A stretch of 63,910 nt of DNA, filler included, from Myxococcota bacterium (lineage in GTDB: Bacteria > Myxococcota > Myxococcia > Myxococcales > Myxococcaceae), in assembly GCA_049322255.1 (NCBI GenBank). It is 18 parts of 18 records of this genome, joined end to end, with 100 filler letters (N's around TTAATTAATTAA, not from the genome) between each part and the next. Parts side by side here need not be neighbours in the genome. Positions count along the whole stretch, not along the records: positions 61,625 to 63,910 come from JBMORE010000076.1; 17 more parts are not named here. One strand, given 5' to 3'. The notes under the pieces are model-generated. The model did not search any database and was not told the origin of the DNA. It saw nothing but the letters and a program-made list of their open reading frames with translations. Positions within the stretch are counted from its first letter, which is position 1. Each line of letters opens with the position of its first letter. Position numbers and translations under genes: made by a program. This document shows, piece after piece, positions 62,731 through 63,910 of this stretch.

Positions 62731-63194
62731 ATGCCCGAGGTGATTTTCCAGGTGTCGCCCACGCGCAGGAAGGTCATCTCCTTGATCTCCGAGTCGTTCT
62801 GCGGCTTGGAGACCAGCCCGGGCATGCGGAATGAGGAGCTGTAGGTGTAGATGGCGCGGGCAGAGGTGTCGCTCACCTCGACCTTGCGCACGGTGATTTC
62901 CAGGCGGACGTCGTTGACGCGGGAGAGGTCCTGCGGCAGCTCCTCGCGCAGTCGCTTGAAGTCCCGGTCGTCGTCGAGCGCGGGGGTGCCCGCGTTGTCC
63001 GCGAACGATTCGGAGACGAGGGCGAGCACCCCTGGCGCGTCGCGCGCCTCGACCGCCGCGCGGTACTTCTCCATCACGTCGAGGATGGCGCGCGTCTCTT
63101 CGGTGTCCTCGAGGTCGGTGCCGGGGATGCGGCGGGGAGTGCAACCAATCGCCACGAGGGCGAAGAGCGAAACGGTCAGGAGGGTTTTGTTCAT
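62727..63194 (-). CDS. NTF2-like (DUF4440-type) lipoprotein
   Basis: Lipobox AIGC; YRAAVEARD; WKITSGI. Confidence 0.7.
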   Translation of the reverse strand: MNKTLLTVSLFALVAIGCTPRRIPGTDLEDTEETRAILDVMEKYRAAVEARDAPGVLALVSESFADNAGTPALDDDRDFKRLREELPQDLSRVNDVRLEITVRKVEVSDTSARAIYTYSSSFRMPGLVSKPQNDSEIKEMTFLRVGDTWKITSGI

Positions 63195-63256
63195 ACCTGG
63201 TCGAAGCGTTCATAGCCTCAACAGGGCGCCCCGACAAAGATTCCGGCGAAGGGCCT

Positions 63257-63785
63257 TCAACTGCCGGCCCGCACCACCTCGGCGATGAAGCGGTTGAGCA
63301 CCGGCAGCTCGCCGTCGAGGATCTTCAACCCCTCGCTCTGAATGACTTTCTCGCCGATCATCGCCAGCGGCTTGAGCAGGAAGGGCAACTTGAGCGAAAT
63401 CTCCCCGTCCATCGCGCGTTCGGTCTGCCCGTTGCCCAGGTCGCGCAGGCGCAAGGTGCCGGTGTTCACCAAGAGGTTACTGATCTTGTTCGAGGTGGGG
63501 ACGTTGGAGAAACGCAGCTCCTTCTTCCCCTTGTCGTAGGTCGAGGTCTCGACGAAGGCGAACCACTCGGGGGGAACCGGTTTGGGCCCGATGGAGGCGA
63601 TGACCGGTCTGGGGCGGTAGCGCACCTTGCGGCGCACAGTGCTCCCCTCGTCCTTCTTTTCCAGCTGCTGCACCTCCAAGAGCACGCCGTGGTGCTGGAG
63701 CAAGAAGGCCAGGTACCGCTCGTCGAGGAGCGCCTTCTCCACTTCCTCCACCGTTCCTTGAATGCGCTGCCGAGTTTCGAACCTC

Positions 63786-63787
<2 letters not shown>
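63257..63787 (-). CDS. DUF2505/SRPBCC-like protein whose start codon is split by a group II intron (AT|G)
   Basis: MRFETRQRIQGTVEEVEKALLDERY...GEISLKLPF...IGEKVI; the ORF-track extension MAAEAYL is intron domain VI. Confidence 0.7.

Positions 63788-63910
<123 letters not shown>

Overview
This window is not contiguous DNA. It is 18 short contigs (about 2.3-4.4 kb, in decreasing length order) joined by artificial 100-nt N/TTAATTAATTAA linkers, so gene order across linkers means nothing. The source is a GC-rich myxobacterium (Myxococcota), judged from MYXO-CTERM sorting signals, a perfect Myxococcus-type LexA box, PEGA Ser/Thr kinases, and PilZ and vWA lipoproteins. Housekeeping genes include leuS, lptE, rpsT, lexA, proA, thrB, a DEAD-box helicase, chrA and tRNA-Phe. 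There are many secreted or surface proteins, including three MYXO-CTERM c-type cytochromes. The strongest signal is non-coding and sits at contig edges: a multi-copy group II intron that appears to insert inside ATG start codons. Two identical 5' ends (GUGCG) each follow ...CCAT in different flanks. One 3' end (domain V, domain VI, bulged A, terminal AT) is followed by the G of a DUF2505-like gene's start codon, so both junctions recreate ATG. Other notable items: a toxin-antitoxin cassette bracketed by a duplicated 3' segment of a ClC gene; an MFS-glycerate kinase in-frame fusion whose stop codon is an IS1182-like insertion site; a BoxC-like palindrome translated inside a signal peptide; strong D-[AG]-G enrichment in surface proteins; and a zf-HC2-VIT-vWA fusion. 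All family assignments come from motif recognition by eye; no searches were run.
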